Below are positions 9,280 to 19,641 of a DNA stretch of 37,680 bases, piece after piece (positions within the stretch are counted from its first letter, which is position 1; the number at the start of each line of letters is the position of its first letter). This stretch comes from Clostridiales bacterium (GTDB lineage: Bacteria > Bacillota > Clostridia > Oscillospirales > CAG-272), in NCBI GenBank assembly GCA_012511425.1, contig JAAZGC010000188.1, positions 1 through 37,680 of the forward strand, read 5' to 3'. A model generated the notes under the pieces. The model was not told the origin of the DNA and ran no database searches. It saw only the letters and a program-made list of their open reading frames with translations. The position numbers were made by a program, and so were the translations under genes.

Positions 9280-9750
9280 TCAATATCTGTAATGCGCGAA
9301 TGCCTTGTTCGCCTCGGCCATTCTGTGCATTTCTTCTTTTCTCTTGACTGCACCGCCGGTGCTGTTGAGAGCGTCAAGGATTTCTGCCGCAAGGCGCCCT
9401 GACATTGTGCGTTCAGAGCGATTGCGTGCGAAATCGGTGAGCCAGCGGAGTCCAAGTGTCTGACGGCGATCCGGACGGACTTCCATCGGAACCTGATAGT
9501 TGGCGCCGCCGACGCGGCGAGCCTTTACTTCCAGAACCGGCATGATGTTTTCAAGGGCAGCCTGGAAAGCTTCGAGAGCGTTTTTGCCGCTTTTCGCTTC
9601 AACTTCGTTGAAAGCTTCGTAGACGATTTTCTGAGCTATGCCCTTCTTGCCGTCGTACATAACTTTGTTTACCAGTCTTGTGACCAATTGAGAATTATAC
9701 ACGGGATCCGGCAGAACTTCTCTTTTTGAGATTTTACCTCTTCTCGGCAT
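9280..9750 (-). CDS. rpsG: 30S ribosomal protein S7
   Basis: [37 protein letters not shown] is a canonical S7 N-terminus. 156 aa. Confidence 0.98.
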   Translation of the reverse strand: MPRRGKISKREVLPDPVYNSQLVTRLVNKVMYDGKKGIAQKIVYEAFNEVEAKSGKNALEAFQAALENIMPVLEVKARRVGGANYQVPMEVRPDRRQTLGLRWLTDFARNRSERTMSGRLAAEILDALNSTGGAVKRKEEMHRMAEANKAFAHYRY

Positions 9751-9912
9751 ATCGTATTCCCTCCTTCATTAATAATAGATGAGATCACAGGTACTCGAAA
9801 TTTTACTTCCGTCGATGTATGCAGAATGTCCCGTTTTTATATGCAATGTAACAACGCACTATTTAAATCGGGAAACCGCTTGTGTTTTACATCGAAAATT
9901 GCGCCGCAGGAT

Positions 9913-10341
9913 TTACTTTTTGGCTGCTGCGGCCTTCGGGCGCTTGACTCCGTATTTGGAGCGGCCCTGTTTGCGTCCCTGAACGCCCTGAGCATCGAGC
10001 ATTCCGCGGATGATGTGATAGCGGACACCGGGAACGTCTCGGACACGGCCGCCGCGGATCATCACGACGGAGTGCTCCTGAAGATTATGCCCGATACCCG
10101 GGATGTAAGCCGTCGCCTCGATGCCATTGGTAAGGCGTACACGGGCGATTTTACGCATGGCGGAGTTGGGCTTTTTAGGTCCTCTCGTGCCGACCATTGT
10201 GCATACGCCGCGCTTCTGGGGCGATCTTGTGTCGGTCATACGGTTCGTCAGCGAGTTGAAGCCGTGCTGAAGAGCAATCGACTTGGACTTATATACGTGC
10301 TGCTGACGTCCTTGTTTGACCAGCTGGTTAAATGTAGGCAT
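9913..10341 (-). CDS. rpsL: 30S ribosomal protein S12
   Basis: [12 protein letters not shown]..., [19 protein letters not shown] and [18 protein letters not shown] motifs. RBS AAGGAGG. Confidence 0.97.
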   Translation of the reverse strand: MPTFNQLVKQGRQQHVYKSKSIALQHGFNSLTNRMTDTRSPQKRGVCTMVGTRGPKKPNSAMRKIARVRLTNGIEATAYIPGIGHNLQEHSVVMIRGGRVRDVPGVRYHIIRGMLDAQGVQGRKQGRSKYGVKRPKAAAAKK

Positions 10342-10457
10342 TAATTAAACCTCCTTCTTCAAATAATGCGTGTTACGGGATTTCCCATTAATATTAAAGG
10401 CTTATCGGGCAGCGGAAGGGCAAGCTCCCGCTGCCTCGAGCCGATAACATACACTGT

Positions 10458-10487
10458 ATTATATCACTTTTCGAGGGTATTTGTCAA
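10458..10487 (-). promoter_or_regulatory. Sigma-A type promoter for rpsL-rpsG-fusA-tuf
   Basis: Minus strand: TTGACA (10487-10482), 18-nt spacer ending in TGA, TATAAT (10463-10458), about 115 nt upstream of the rpsL ATG. Confidence 0.55.
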
Positions 10488-10614
10488 GCAAACGCCCAAA
10501 GATTTACATTTATTTCACAGAAGACGAGCCGTATTCACAAGGCTTTTCTGACATTTGTGAACTCGGGCATTTTCGCTCAGACGGCACCCGAATTCAGAAA
10601 TCGGATGCGGGTCA

Positions 10615-13600
10615 TCAGTCCTCGAATTCGTCCGGCAGATTCATCATTGAATCGACTTTTTCGACTTCGATGTTTCTGTAATATTCCATACCGGTTCCTG
10701 CGGGAATAAGCTTTCCTATTATGACGTTTTCCTTAAGACCGAGCAGGTTGTCGACCTTGCCGTGTATCGCGGCTTCGGTAAGCACCTTTGTGGTCTCCTG
10801 GAATGATGCGGCGGAGAGGAAAGACTCCGTCATCAGTGCGGCTTTGGTAATGCCGAGCAGTACGCGCGAACCGACAGCCGGCTTCAGCGGCTCTCCGTCT
10901 TCATTGACTTCGCCCGATTCGCTGCGGTAAAGAATCGCGGCGTTCTCGTCGTTGAATTCGTTTACGTTGACGGTCGAGCCGACGAGCAGGTCGGTGTCTC
11001 CTGAGTCCTCGATCCTTACCTTTCTTGTCATCTGGCGGGCAATGACCTCGATATGGCGGTCGTTGATGCCGATCGACTGGCTGGAATAGACCTTCTGAAC
11101 TTCCTTGATTATATATTCGTATACCGCTTCAAGGCCGTTGATGCGCAGGATATCCGAAGGATAAAGCTGACCTTCGGTAAGCGCCTGACCCTTTTCGACA
11201 TAATCTCCTTCATGAACGAGCAGTATCATGTCGTATACAGTCGGGATATTGACGGTCTCGCCGCTTTCTTCGTTTGTTATGACGATAGTGCGGGTCTTTT
11301 TGATCTCCTGTATGCTTACATAGCCGGATATGTCCGCCATAAGGGCGTTATGCTTCGGGCGGCGCGCTTCGAAGACTTCTTCGACTCGCGGAAGACCCTG
11401 GGTGATGTCCTTTCCGGCAACGCCGCCGGTATGGAAGTTTCGCAGTGTCAGCTGTGTGCCCGGCTCGCCGATGGACTGGGCGGCTATGATTCCGACCGAT
11501 TCTCCCATGTTGATGGCTTTGCCCGTCGCAAGGTCGGAGCCGTAGCAGTGAGCGCAGACGCCGGTGCGGGACTTGCAGTAGAGTATCGATCTTACGTTCG
11601 CCTTTTTGACACCGGCTTTTTCAGCCTTCTGTGCAAGTTCCGGGGTGCAGAGAGTGCCGTCCGCGATGATGACTTCGCCGGTGTTCGGATCAACTACATC
11701 GCCGATCACATAGCGGCCGGAGATTCTGTTGCGGAAGCTTTCGATAACCGTCTTGTTGTCGGCTTCGTCGATGAGTTCCTCGACGATAAGTCCTTCCGTG
11801 GTTCCGCAGTCTTCCTCCCGGACGATGACTTCCTGCGACACGTCGACGAGACGTCTTGTCAGGTAACCGGAGTCGGCGGTTTTCAGAGCCGTGTCGGAAA
11901 GCGCTTTTCGCGCTCCGCGGGCGGCGGTGAAGTATTCAAGGATCTTAAGTCCTTCGCGGAAGTTGGATTTGATCGGTATTTCGATGGTTTTACCGGTTGC
12001 GGTATACATCAGTCCGCGCATTCCCGCGAGCTGACGCATCTGGGTCATGCTGCCTCGCGCGCCCGAGTCTGCCATCATCTTGATCGGGTTGAATTTATTG
12101 AAGTGTTCCAGGAGCGCCGCAGTGATTTCGCCGGTGGTCTTTTCCCACACCCCGATTACGAGCTTATAGCGCTCTTTTTCGGAAATATCGCCCTCCTGAT
12201 AATGGTCAAATATCTTGGCTACTTCTTCTTCGCTTTGGGCTATAAGGCTCTGCTTCTGCGGGGGAATCGTAACGTCGGCGATAGAGATCGAAATAGCGGC
12301 AAGTGTGCAGTATTTGTAGCCGGTGGCTTTGATCTTATCGAGGACCTCGACCGTTGTCGAAACGCCTTTATGCTTGATGCAGCGGTCGATTACTTCGGTG
12401 AGAAGCTTCATGGTCGCCGGTTCGGTGATTTCGAGATCAAGCCTGTGTTCAGGATCGGTACGGTCGACGAAACCCAGATCCTGCGGGATGTTTTCGTTGA
12501 ATATCAGGCGTCCCATCGTAGCGTCGATCACGCCGGTGTATTCAATTCCGTCGATCACCATGCTGCGGCGGACCCTGATCGGCGCATGAAGACCGATCAG
12601 GCGCTGGTCATAAGCCATGCGGACTTCGTCAAAATCGCGGAAGATCTTTCCTTCTCCGACTTCGCCGGGGCGGTTTATCGTAAGATAATAGGAACCGAGC
12701 ACCATGTCCTGAGACGGGATGGTAACGGCACGGCCGTCGGCGGGCTTAAGCAGGTTGTTTGCCGAAAGCATAAGGAAACGGGCTTCCGCCTGCGCTTCGG
12801 CGGAAAGCGGCACATGAACCGGCATCTGGTCGCCGTCGAAGTCGGCGTTGAACGCAGTGCATACGAGAGGATGCAGCTTTATTGCTTTTCCCTCGACAAG
12901 CACCGGCTCGAAAGCCTGGATCGAAAGACGGTGGAGGGTGGGAGCGCGGTTCAGGAGCACCGGATGCTCCTTTATGACGACTTCAAGCGCGTCCCAGACC
13001 GCCGGATCGACTTTTTCGACTTTTTTCTTTGCATCTTTTATATTTAAAGCCTTCTGGGATTCAACCAGGCGCTTCATAACGAAAGGCTTGAACAGCTCCA
13101 GCGCCATTTCCTTCGGCAGACCGCACTGATAGAACTTGAGGTCGGGTCCTACGACGATAACCGAACGGCCGGAGTAGTCGACGCGCTTGCCGAGCAGGTT
13201 CTGACGGAAGCGTCCCTGCTTTCCTCTGAGCATTTCGGACAGCGATTTGAGCGGGCGGTTGTTAGGGCCGGTTACCGGCTTGCCGCGGCGGCCGTTATCG
13301 ATAAGCGCGTCAACGGCTTCCTGAAGCATCCGCTTTTCGTTGCGGATGATAATGTCCGGAGCGTGAAGATCAAGCAGGCGGTGGAGGCGGTTATTGCGGT
13401 TGATGACGCGGCGGTAAAGATCATTCAGGTCGGACGAGGCAAAGCGGCCGCCGTCGAGCTGAACCATCGGACGAAGCTCCGGAGGAATGACCGGAACGAC
13501 ATCCAGAATCATCCATTCCGGCTTGTTTCCGGATCTGCGAAACGCTTCGACGACTTCGAGTCTCTTTATGATCCTGAGCTTCTTCTGGCCGGTGGCATCG

Positions 13601-14184
13601 CGCAAATCGTTGTGAAGCTGCTTTGAGAGCGCCGGTATATCTATCTGCGACAGCAGTTCCTTTATCGCTTCGGCGCCCATTCCGACGCGGAAGCTGTCCT
13701 CATATTTCTCATAATTCTGCCGGAATTCCCGCTCGTCAAATGCCTGATGCTTTTCGAGGGGAGTATCGCCGGGATCGATGACAATATACTGCGCGAAGTA
13801 AAGCACCTTTTCGAGCACTCTCGGGGAGATGTCGAGCAGAAGCCCCATCCTTGAGGGTATTGCGCGGAAATACCAGATATGCGAAACCGGAGCGGCAAGG
13901 TCGATATGACCCATGCGTTCCCTGCGCACCTTTTTTGATGTGACTTCAACGCCGCATTTTTCGCAGATCTTGCCTTTATAGCGGACCCGCTTATATTTCC
14001 CGCAGAGGCATTCCCAGTCCTTCGTCGGACCGAAAATCCGCTCGCAGAAAAGACCGTCGCGCTCCGGCTTGAGGGTACGGTAATTTATCGTTTCAGGCTT
14101 GCGCACTTCCCCGTATGACCAGGAGCGGATCATTTCCGGAGAAGCCAAACCGATTTTAATAGACTCAAACATATTGTGTTCCAA
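10615..14184 (-). CDS. rpoC: DNA-directed RNA polymerase subunit beta'
   Basis: [36 protein letters not shown] catalytic motif, and the Zn-binding CLCGKY...CEKCGVEV. The TTG start at 14184 gives an N-terminal length like the B. subtilis protein; the alternative is ATG at 14172. Confidence 0.97.
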   Translation of the reverse strand: MEHNMFESIKIGLASPEMIRSWSYGEVRKPETINYRTLKPERDGLFCERIFGPTKDWECLCGKYKRVRYKGKICEKCGVEVTSKKVRRERMGHIDLAAPVSHIWYFRAIPSRMGLLLDISPRVLEKVLYFAQYIVIDPGDTPLEKHQAFDEREFRQNYEKYEDSFRVGMGAEAIKELLSQIDIPALSKQLHNDLRDATGQKKLRIIKRLEVVEAFRRSGNKPEWMILDVVPVIPPELRPMVQLDGGRFASSDLNDLYRRVINRNNRLHRLLDLHAPDIIIRNEKRMLQEAVDALIDNGRRGKPVTGPNNRPLKSLSEMLRGKQGRFRQNLLGKRVDYSGRSVIVVGPDLKFYQCGLPKEMALELFKPFVMKRLVESQKALNIKDAKKKVEKVDPAVWDALEVVIKEHPVLLNRAPTLHRLSIQAFEPVLVEGKAIKLHPLVCTAFNADFDGDQMPVHVPLSAEAQAEARFLMLSANNLLKPADGRAVTIPSQDMVLGSYYLTINRPGEVGEGKIFRDFDEVRMAYDQRLIGLHAPIRVRRSMVIDGIEYTGVIDATMGRLIFNENIPQDLGFVDRTDPEHRLDLEITEPATMKLLTEVIDRCIKHKGVSTTVEVLDKIKATGYKYCTLAAISISIADVTIPPQKQSLIAQSEEEVAKIFDHYQEGDISEKERYKLVIGVWEKTTGEITAALLEHFNKFNPIKMMADSGARGSMTQMRQLAGMRGLMYTATGKTIEIPIKSNFREGLKILEYFTAARGARKALSDTALKTADSGYLTRRLVDVSQEVIVREEDCGTTEGLIVEELIDEADNKTVIESFRNRISGRYVIGDVVDPNTGEVIIADGTLCTPELAQKAEKAGVKKANVRSILYCKSRTGVCAHCYGSDLATGKAINMGESVGIIAAQSIGEPGTQLTLRNFHTGGVAGKDITQGLPRVEEVFEARRPKHNALMADISGYVSIQEIKKTRTIVITNEESGETVNIPTVYDMILLVHEGDYVEKGQALTEGQLYPSDILRINGLEAVYEYIIKEVQKVYSSQSIGINDRHIEVIARQMTRKVRIEDSGDTDLLVGSTVNVNEFNDENAAILYRSESGEVNEDGEPLKPAVGSRVLLGITKAALMTESFLSAASFQETTKVLTEAAIHGKVDNLLGLKENVIIGKLIPAGTGMEYYRNIEVEKVDSMMNLPDEFED

Positions 14185-14201
14185 AGTTTATCCTTTCCCC
14201 G

Positions 14202-17200
14202 TCAGTTCCCGTCGTAATCAGATCCGTCTTCGTAAGAGCCGCCGGCATCTTCATCGGGGACATATTCGTAGACTTCGGCCGTTTCATCGTCAGAATCGGA
14301 ACTGCTTTCATCGACATAATCTTCGGCGGCAATACTTTCATCTGCGAATGTCTCATCGACCTCGTCATAGCCGTCGGGAGCGGATACGGGCGACGACACT
14401 TTAGCTCCCATCGCTTCGGCGAGTTCTTCTTCGCGGGCGGCATAATCGATCTCCGGAGAGTCGTTCTGTTCGCCGTCGCGGGCAGAATCGATGAAATTGG
14501 GGTTGTTTGCCATCTCTTCGTCGGCGAGCGAGGAGAGAGTGATCTCGTGACCGTCGCGGTCAAGCACCCTTACATCGAGGGAAAGCGACTGAAGCTCTTT
14601 TACAAGCACCTTGAAGGATTCCGGTACTCCCGGGGTAGGAACGTTCTGTCCCTTGACAATCGCTTCGAAGGTCTTGGTTCGGCCGTTTACGTCGTCCGAC
14701 TTGACCGTGAGTATCTCCTGAAGGGTATAAGCCGCGCCGTATGCTTCAAGCGCCCAGACTTCCATTTCTCCGAAACGCTGGCCGCCGAACTGCGCCTTGC
14801 CTCCCAGCGGCTGCTGAGTTACGAGCGAATAAGGGCCGGTCGAACGGGCGTGGATCTTGTCGTCGACAAGATGGTGGAGCTTGAGATAATACATTATGCC
14901 GACCGTGACCGGGTTGTCAAACGGCTCACCGGTGCGGCCGTCATACAGAATCTGCTTGCCGTTGGCGGGAATTCCCGCTTCAAGCATACATTTGGTGATA
15001 TCCTTTTCGTTTGCGCCGTCGAAAACGGCGGACATAACCTTCCAGCCGAGCTTCTTTGCAGCGTATCCCAGGTGCACTTCAAGCACCTGGCCGATATTCA
15101 TTCGTGACGGAACGCCCATCGGGTTCAGTACTATGTCAAGCGGGGTGCCGTCGGCAAGGAAAGGCATATCTTCCTGCGGAAGGATGCGGGAAACGACGCC
15201 TTTGTTTCCGTGGCGTCCCGCCATCTTGTCGCCGACGCTTATCTTGCGCTTCTGCGCGACATATATCTTGACTTCTTTGTTGACACCAGGGGAAAGTTCG
15301 TCGCCGTTTTCGCGGCTGAACACCTTGATATCGACAACTATGCCGGATTCGCCGTGCGGCAGGCGGAGGGAGGTGTCGCGGACTTCTCTTGCCTTTTCGC
15401 CGAAAATGGCGCGGAGCAGGCGTTCCTCGGCAGTCAGCTCGGTTTCTCCCTTGGGAGTGACTTTGCCGACCAGAATATCTCCTGCGCGGACTTCGGTTCC
15501 CATCCGGATGATTCCTTCGTGGGAGAGATCCTTCAGCGCGTCTTCGCCGACGTTGGGGATTTCTCGGGTGATCTCTTCGGGTCCGAGTTTGGTATCTCTG
15601 GCTTCGTGGGTATATTCTTCGATATGAATTGATGTATAGATATCGTCTCTGACGAGATTTTCATTCAGCAGAACGGCGTCCTCGAAGTTATAGCCTTCCC
15701 AGGTCATGAAGCCGATGAGGGCATTCTTTCCGAGGGATATTTCGCCGTTTGATGTAGCCGGACCGTCGGCAATTACCTGTCCCGCTTCTATACGTTCGCC
15801 GACCGAAACGATCGGACGCTGATTTATGCAGGTGCCCTGGTTTGAACGCTTGAACTTAATAAGATGATAGACCGTCTTCCGGCCTTCATCGGTGCGGACG
15901 GTGATATCGTCTGCGGTTACAGAAACTACGGTGCCGGCTTCTTTTGCGATTACCACAACTCCCGAGTCGATGGCGGCTTTGTATTCAACGCCTGTTCCGA
16001 CTATCGGCTGTTCGGTCACCATGAGCGGAACTGCCTGTTTCTGCATGTTCGAGCCCATCAGAGCACGCGAGTTGTCGTCGTTTTCAAGGAAGGGGATCAT
16101 CGAAGTCGCAACCGAGACGACCATTTCGGGAGAGACGTCCATATAGTCGACTTCCGACTTTGAGACTTCGACTATATCGCCCTTGTGGCGGACGGTAACC
16201 CTGTCGTTTACGAAGGTATGCTCCGGAGTGAGCGGCTCGTTTGCCTGAACCAGGATATAGCGGTCTTCCTCGTCGGCGGTAAGATAATGAACCTCTTTTG
16301 TTACAATGCCGGTCTCTTTATCCACTCTGCGGTAGGGGGTCATCATAAAACCGAATTCGTTGACGCGGGCGTAGGTGGAAAGATTTGAGATAAGTCCGAT
16401 ATTGGGACCTTCCGGGGTCTCGATCGGGCACATGCGGCCGTAATGTGTGTAGTGTACGTCACGGACTTCGAAGGAAGCGCGATCGCGTGAAAGTCCTCCC
16501 GGACCGAGAGCCGAGATTCGGCGCTTATGCGTCAGCTCGGCGAGCGGGTTATTCTGATCCATGAACTGAGACAGCGGCGAGGAGCCGAAAAATTCCCTTA
16601 TCGAAGTAACGACCGGACGGATGTTGATAAGCGACTCGGGGGTTATCGTTTCCGAGTCGAGCACCATCATACGCTCTCTGACGTTTTTATCCATGCGGGC
16701 AAAGCCGATGCGCATCTGGTTCTGGAGCAGTTCTCCGACCGAACGCAGACGGCGGTTGCCCAGGTGGTCGATATCGTCTACATTTCCGACGCCGCGGGAG
16801 AGGTTAATAAAGTAGTTTATCGAGGCGAAGATATCGTCTTTTGTAATGTGCTTCGGCATCAGCTCGCTGATGCGGAGCGCCACCGCTTTCTTGAACTCGT
16901 TCATATCGGAGCCGTATTGGTCATAAAGCTCCTGAAGCAAGCCTATTTTCACCTTGTCGGTCGGTTTGAGACCGATATCGGTAAGGTCGTCTCCGATGAT
17001 TCCGAGGGGATGCGCCATGCCGTTGCCGAAGATTTTGACTTCTTCGTCGTTATCGGCATAGATCCAGGCTTCGTTGATGCCGCAGTCTTCAACCTCGGTC
17101 GCCATTTCTTCGGTCATGAAGGTATCGGCATCGTAAAGGAACTCGCCGGTATATGAGTTGACTATCGGGCGGCTGATCGTATGACCGGTCAGACGGGCGG

Positions 17201-18071
17201 CAAGGGAAAGCTTTTTATTGAATTTAAAGCGGCCGACGGCAGCAAGGCCGTATCTCTTCGGGTCGAAGAACATATTGTTGATAAGCTGCTGGGCTGATTC
17301 GACAATAGGAGGCTCGCCCGGACGGAGACGGCTGAATATTTCTTTCAGCGCTTCATTTTCCGGGGTTTCGCCTTTTTCTTCGCCTCTTTTGACCATGTCG
17401 TCGTTTTCCATGGTCGCGATGAGATGCTTGTCGTCGCCGAAATATTTTATGATTTCTTCGTTCGTGCTTATGCCCAAAGCGCGAATAAGGATTGTTATCG
17501 GAATTTTGCGGTTTTTATCGATGCGGACGGCAAACTGTTCCGTGGTATCGGTCTCGTATTCGATCCATGCGCCGCGGTAAGGGATAACTTGCGCCGAATA
17601 TATATGCCGGCCGGTCTTATCGACCTCTACCGAATAATACGCACCGGGGGAACGGACGATCTGCGAAACGATGACGCGCTCGGCGCCGTTTATGATAAAA
17701 GTTCCCTTTTTTGTCATAAGAGGGAAATCGCCCATAAAAATATCGCGCTCGATCACTTCGCCCGAATGCTTGTTATAAAGGCGGACTTTTACCCGCAGAG
17801 GTGCCGCGTAGTTGACGTCGCGCTCCTTGCTTTCCTCTTCGGGGTACTTGGGATTTTCCGAGTCAAGGTAGTAATCGACGAATTCGATGCTGTAATTGCC
17901 GCTGTAATCGGTAATCGGCGAAACGTCGTGAAGAACTTCCTTCAGACCTTTATCGAGGAACCACTGATAAGAGCCTTTCTGAATCTCGACCAGATCTGGC
18001 ATCTCAAAAATCTCGTCATAACGGGCGAAGTTCATCCGGACCGTTTTGCCGAACATACATGGCTTGATCAT
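14202..18071 (-). CDS. rpoB: DNA-directed RNA polymerase subunit beta, with a ~110-aa polyacidic C-terminal extension
   Basis: Conserved beta blocks are present ([65 protein letters not shown]). 1289 aa, ending in a D/E/S/Y-rich tail. Confidence 0.98.
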   Translation of the reverse strand: MIKPCMFGKTVRMNFARYDEIFEMPDLVEIQKGSYQWFLDKGLKEVLHDVSPITDYSGNYSIEFVDYYLDSENPKYPEEESKERDVNYAAPLRVKVRLYNKHSGEVIERDIFMGDFPLMTKKGTFIINGAERVIVSQIVRSPGAYYSVEVDKTGRHIYSAQVIPYRGAWIEYETDTTEQFAVRIDKNRKIPITILIRALGISTNEEIIKYFGDDKHLIATMENDDMVKRGEEKGETPENEALKEIFSRLRPGEPPIVESAQQLINNMFFDPKRYGLAAVGRFKFNKKLSLAARLTGHTISRPIVNSYTGEFLYDADTFMTEEMATEVEDCGINEAWIYADNDEEVKIFGNGMAHPLGIIGDDLTDIGLKPTDKVKIGLLQELYDQYGSDMNEFKKAVALRISELMPKHITKDDIFASINYFINLSRGVGNVDDIDHLGNRRLRSVGELLQNQMRIGFARMDKNVRERMMVLDSETITPESLINIRPVVTSIREFFGSSPLSQFMDQNNPLAELTHKRRISALGPGGLSRDRASFEVRDVHYTHYGRMCPIETPEGPNIGLISNLSTYARVNEFGFMMTPYRRVDKETGIVTKEVHYLTADEEDRYILVQANEPLTPEHTFVNDRVTVRHKGDIVEVSKSEVDYMDVSPEMVVSVATSMIPFLENDDNSRALMGSNMQKQAVPLMVTEQPIVGTGVEYKAAIDSGVVVIAKEAGTVVSVTADDITVRTDEGRKTVYHLIKFKRSNQGTCINQRPIVSVGERIEAGQVIADGPATSNGEISLGKNALIGFMTWEGYNFEDAVLLNENLVRDDIYTSIHIEEYTHEARDTKLGPEEITREIPNVGEDALKDLSHEGIIRMGTEVRAGDILVGKVTPKGETELTAEERLLRAIFGEKAREVRDTSLRLPHGESGIVVDIKVFSRENGDELSPGVNKEVKIYVAQKRKISVGDKMAGRHGNKGVVSRILPQEDMPFLADGTPLDIVLNPMGVPSRMNIGQVLEVHLGYAAKKLGWKVMSAVFDGANEKDITKCMLEAGIPANGKQILYDGRTGEPFDNPVTVGIMYYLKLHHLVDDKIHARSTGPYSLVTQQPLGGKAQFGGQRFGEMEVWALEAYGAAYTLQEILTVKSDDVNGRTKTFEAIVKGQNVPTPGVPESFKVLVKELQSLSLDVRVLDRDGHEITLSSLADEEMANNPNFIDSARDGEQNDSPEIDYAAREEELAEAMGAKVSSPVSAPDGYDEVDETFADESIAAEDYVDESSSDSDDETAEVYEYVPDEDAGGSYEDGSDYDGN

Positions 18072-18201
18072 TAAAAAATATCACTCCTCCGCAGTCGGAC
18101 ACGCGGAAAACCGGGGTCTGACCGCAACATTTGAATAAACAAACGGCGTTTATGTAATTAAAAAGCAGGAAATGCTTAAGGCTGACATCCCCCACAACCG
18201 C

Positions 18202-18222
18202 AAAAAACGCCGGTGTCGGCGC
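18202..18222 (-). terminator. Terminator-like hairpin inside the rpoB leader (possible attenuator)
   Basis: Minus strand: cgccg-acac-cggcg followed by TTTTTT (the complement of A6 at 18202-18207). The stem is only 5 bp but all GC. It lies about 130 nt upstream of the rpoB ATG. Confidence 0.35.
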
Positions 18223-18437
18223 CCGAAACGCTCCTTTCGTCCCCCCTCCGGCACGCTGGTTACGTCCGACAAAAGGAGACGAGGTTTGCTGTTTCAGACA
18301 CGCGGCATAGGCGCGTCTAACGGTTATTATATTGGGGGAAGCTTGTCCGAATTCCGGTTTGCGGCCGCGCAGAGCTTTGTAAAACAAGGGTTAAGCCTTA
18401 AAGCCGGATACTTCGGAACGCCGAAAAATAGTAGCTT

Positions 18438-18466
18438 ATTATACCATATTTTCAGGATAAAGTCAA
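18438..18466 (-). promoter_or_regulatory. Strong sigma-A type promoter for rpoB-rpoC
   Basis: Minus strand: TTGACT (18466-18461), 17-nt spacer ending in TGG (extended -10), TATAAT (18443-18438). Confidence 0.6.
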
Positions 18467-18540
18467 CTGCAAAAAGCAGTCTATAATGCCAATCGCGGTA
18501 AATTTACAAAAAATTTAAATGTGAAATTTTTGATATGCGC

Positions 18541-18569
18541 TTGAAAAAAAGCGGCGATTGTGGTATTAT
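18541..18569 (+). promoter_or_regulatory. Sigma-A type promoter for rpsT
   Basis: TTGAAA (18541-18546), 17-nt spacer ending in TGG, TATTAT (18564-18569), about 40 nt upstream of the rpsT start. Confidence 0.6.
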
Positions 18570-18612
18570 ATATGGGTGAGACAGAAATAATCAAGGCAGG
18601 AGGTGAATCGCA

Positions 18613-18873
18613 TTGCCTAACATCAAATCCGCAAAAAAGCGCGTTAAGATTATTGAAAAGAAGACCCTGCAGAACAAAATGCAGAAGTCTGCCCTCAAGA
18701 CCGAACTGAAAAAGTATGACGCCGCTCTTGAAGCCGGCGACAAGGCCGCTCTTGATATCGCTTACAGATCTGCTGTCAAGCATCTGGATCAGGCTGCTTC
18801 AAGTGGGGTAATCACCCCGCAGGCCGCTGCCCGCAAAAAGAGCAGCATGACCCTTAAGCTCAACAGAGCGTAA
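18613..18873 (+). CDS. rpsT: 30S ribosomal protein S20
   Basis: PNIKSAKKRVKIIEKKTLQNK is a canonical S20 N-terminus. 86 aa. It has a TTG start preceded by AGGAGG (about 18598-18603); a UUG start is also known for E. coli rpsT. Confidence 0.95.
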   Translation: MPNIKSAKKRVKIIEKKTLQNKMQKSALKTELKKYDAALEAGDKAALDIAYRSAVKHLDQAASSGVITPQAAARKKSSMTLKLNRA

Positions 18874-18923
18874 GAGAGTCTTTTCGGATTCTCGATCATG
18901 AATCGGCAATCCCGATAATTCAT

Positions 18924-18949
18924 AAAAGACGGATTTGACCGTCTTTTTT
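18924..18949 (+). terminator. Intrinsic terminator of rpsT
   Basis: aaaagacgg / ccgtctttt stem (core gacgg 18928-18932 with ccgtc 18939-18943), followed by T6 (18944-18949). Confidence 0.75.
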
Positions 18950-18957
18950 GATTTTAA

Positions 18958-18985
18958 GGGCAGAGAAAACTCTCCGCCCCTTTTT
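18958..18985. terminator. Second hairpin between the convergent rpsT and radical-SAM genes
   Basis: gggcagag (18958-18965) pairs with ctccgccc (18972-18979): an 8-bp stem with one A-C mismatch on the plus strand (G-U on the minus strand). T5 follows on the plus strand. Confidence 0.45.
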
Positions 18986-18998
18986 ATTGTTTTATAAT

Positions 18999-19637
18999 TC
19001 AAAGCAGCTCACGTATCCTCAGCTCTCCTCCGTTGCTTTCGGCAATGCGGCGGCAAAGCTCCAAGTCTTCGCCGGGAACGGTTGTGCGAACCACCGAATA
19101 GATCACTTTAGGAACATATTTCGACACCGCTTCGCCGAATTCGAGCAAATTATGCCAGGCTTCTTCGCCGAACAACGGACGGCAGACTTTGACATAAGCT
19201 TCCGGGGTTGAGGTGTTGAGAGAAATTGAGACGATATCGATACAGCCACGGAAGAGCTTCGCCGCTTCTTCGGCGGAAATACCGTTTATGAGCGAGGCGT
19301 TGCCGTTTGTGTTGACTCTTACCGGAATGTCGCTTATGCTTTTGACGAATTCCGCGGCTTTTATCATGTCATAAAGCCGATATGTCGGCTCGCCGTAGCC
19401 GCAGAAGACCAGCTCCGAGTATTTTGAAAGATCGCGGCGCTTTATTTCGGCAATGATTTCATCAAGCGAAGGTTCACGCTCAAGCCAGAGGCTGCCCTCC
19501 CCGCCGTAAAGGCGGTCGCCCACGCTCGATGTGCTGATGCCGTCTTTTATCGTTCTGACGCAGAAAGCACAGGCGTTCGAGCAGCGGTTGGTCATATTGA
19601 TATATAAGCCGTCGCTGACTTCGTATACTATTGTCAT
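18999..19637 (-). CDS. Small radical SAM protein, TatD-associated type (about 212 aa)
   Basis: CSNACAFC (CxxxCxxC) cluster near the N-terminus and an FCGYGEPT SAM-binding-like motif. It lies immediately downstream of tatD. ATG 19637 is preferred (4 nt after the tatD stop); the listed TTG at 19652 would overlap tatD by 11 nt. Confidence 0.8.
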   Translation of the reverse strand: MTIVYEVSDGLYINMTNRCSNACAFCVRTIKDGISTSSVGDRLYGGEGSLWLEREPSLDEIIAEIKRRDLSKYSELVFCGYGEPTYRLYDMIKAAEFVKSISDIPVRVNTNGNASLINGISAEEAAKLFRGCIDIVSISLNTSTPEAYVKVCRPLFGEEAWHNLLEFGEAVSKYVPKVIYSVVRTTVPGEDLELCRRIAESNGGELRIRELL

Positions 19638-19641
19638 TGGT

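Noticed and set aside
11053-13047. 664-aa plus-strand ORF inside rpoC (and smaller ones at 11330, 12323, 12848, 13363)
   Set aside because: Antisense to conserved beta' sequence, with no recognisable motifs. A shadow ORF.
14165-14563. 132-aa minus-strand ORF overlapping the rpoB 3' end and rpoC start
   Set aside because: It is an out-of-frame overlap with two essential genes, and its product is a P/T/S/R/K-rich low-complexity peptide caused by the GA-rich acidic-tail codons.
18016-18486. ORFs of 123 aa (minus) and 104 aa (plus) in the rpoB-rpsT intergenic region
   Set aside because: Both have no RBS and an R/G/A-rich composition that looks non-protein-like. One overlaps the rpoB start out of frame. 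The region is better explained as the rpoB leader plus divergent promoters.
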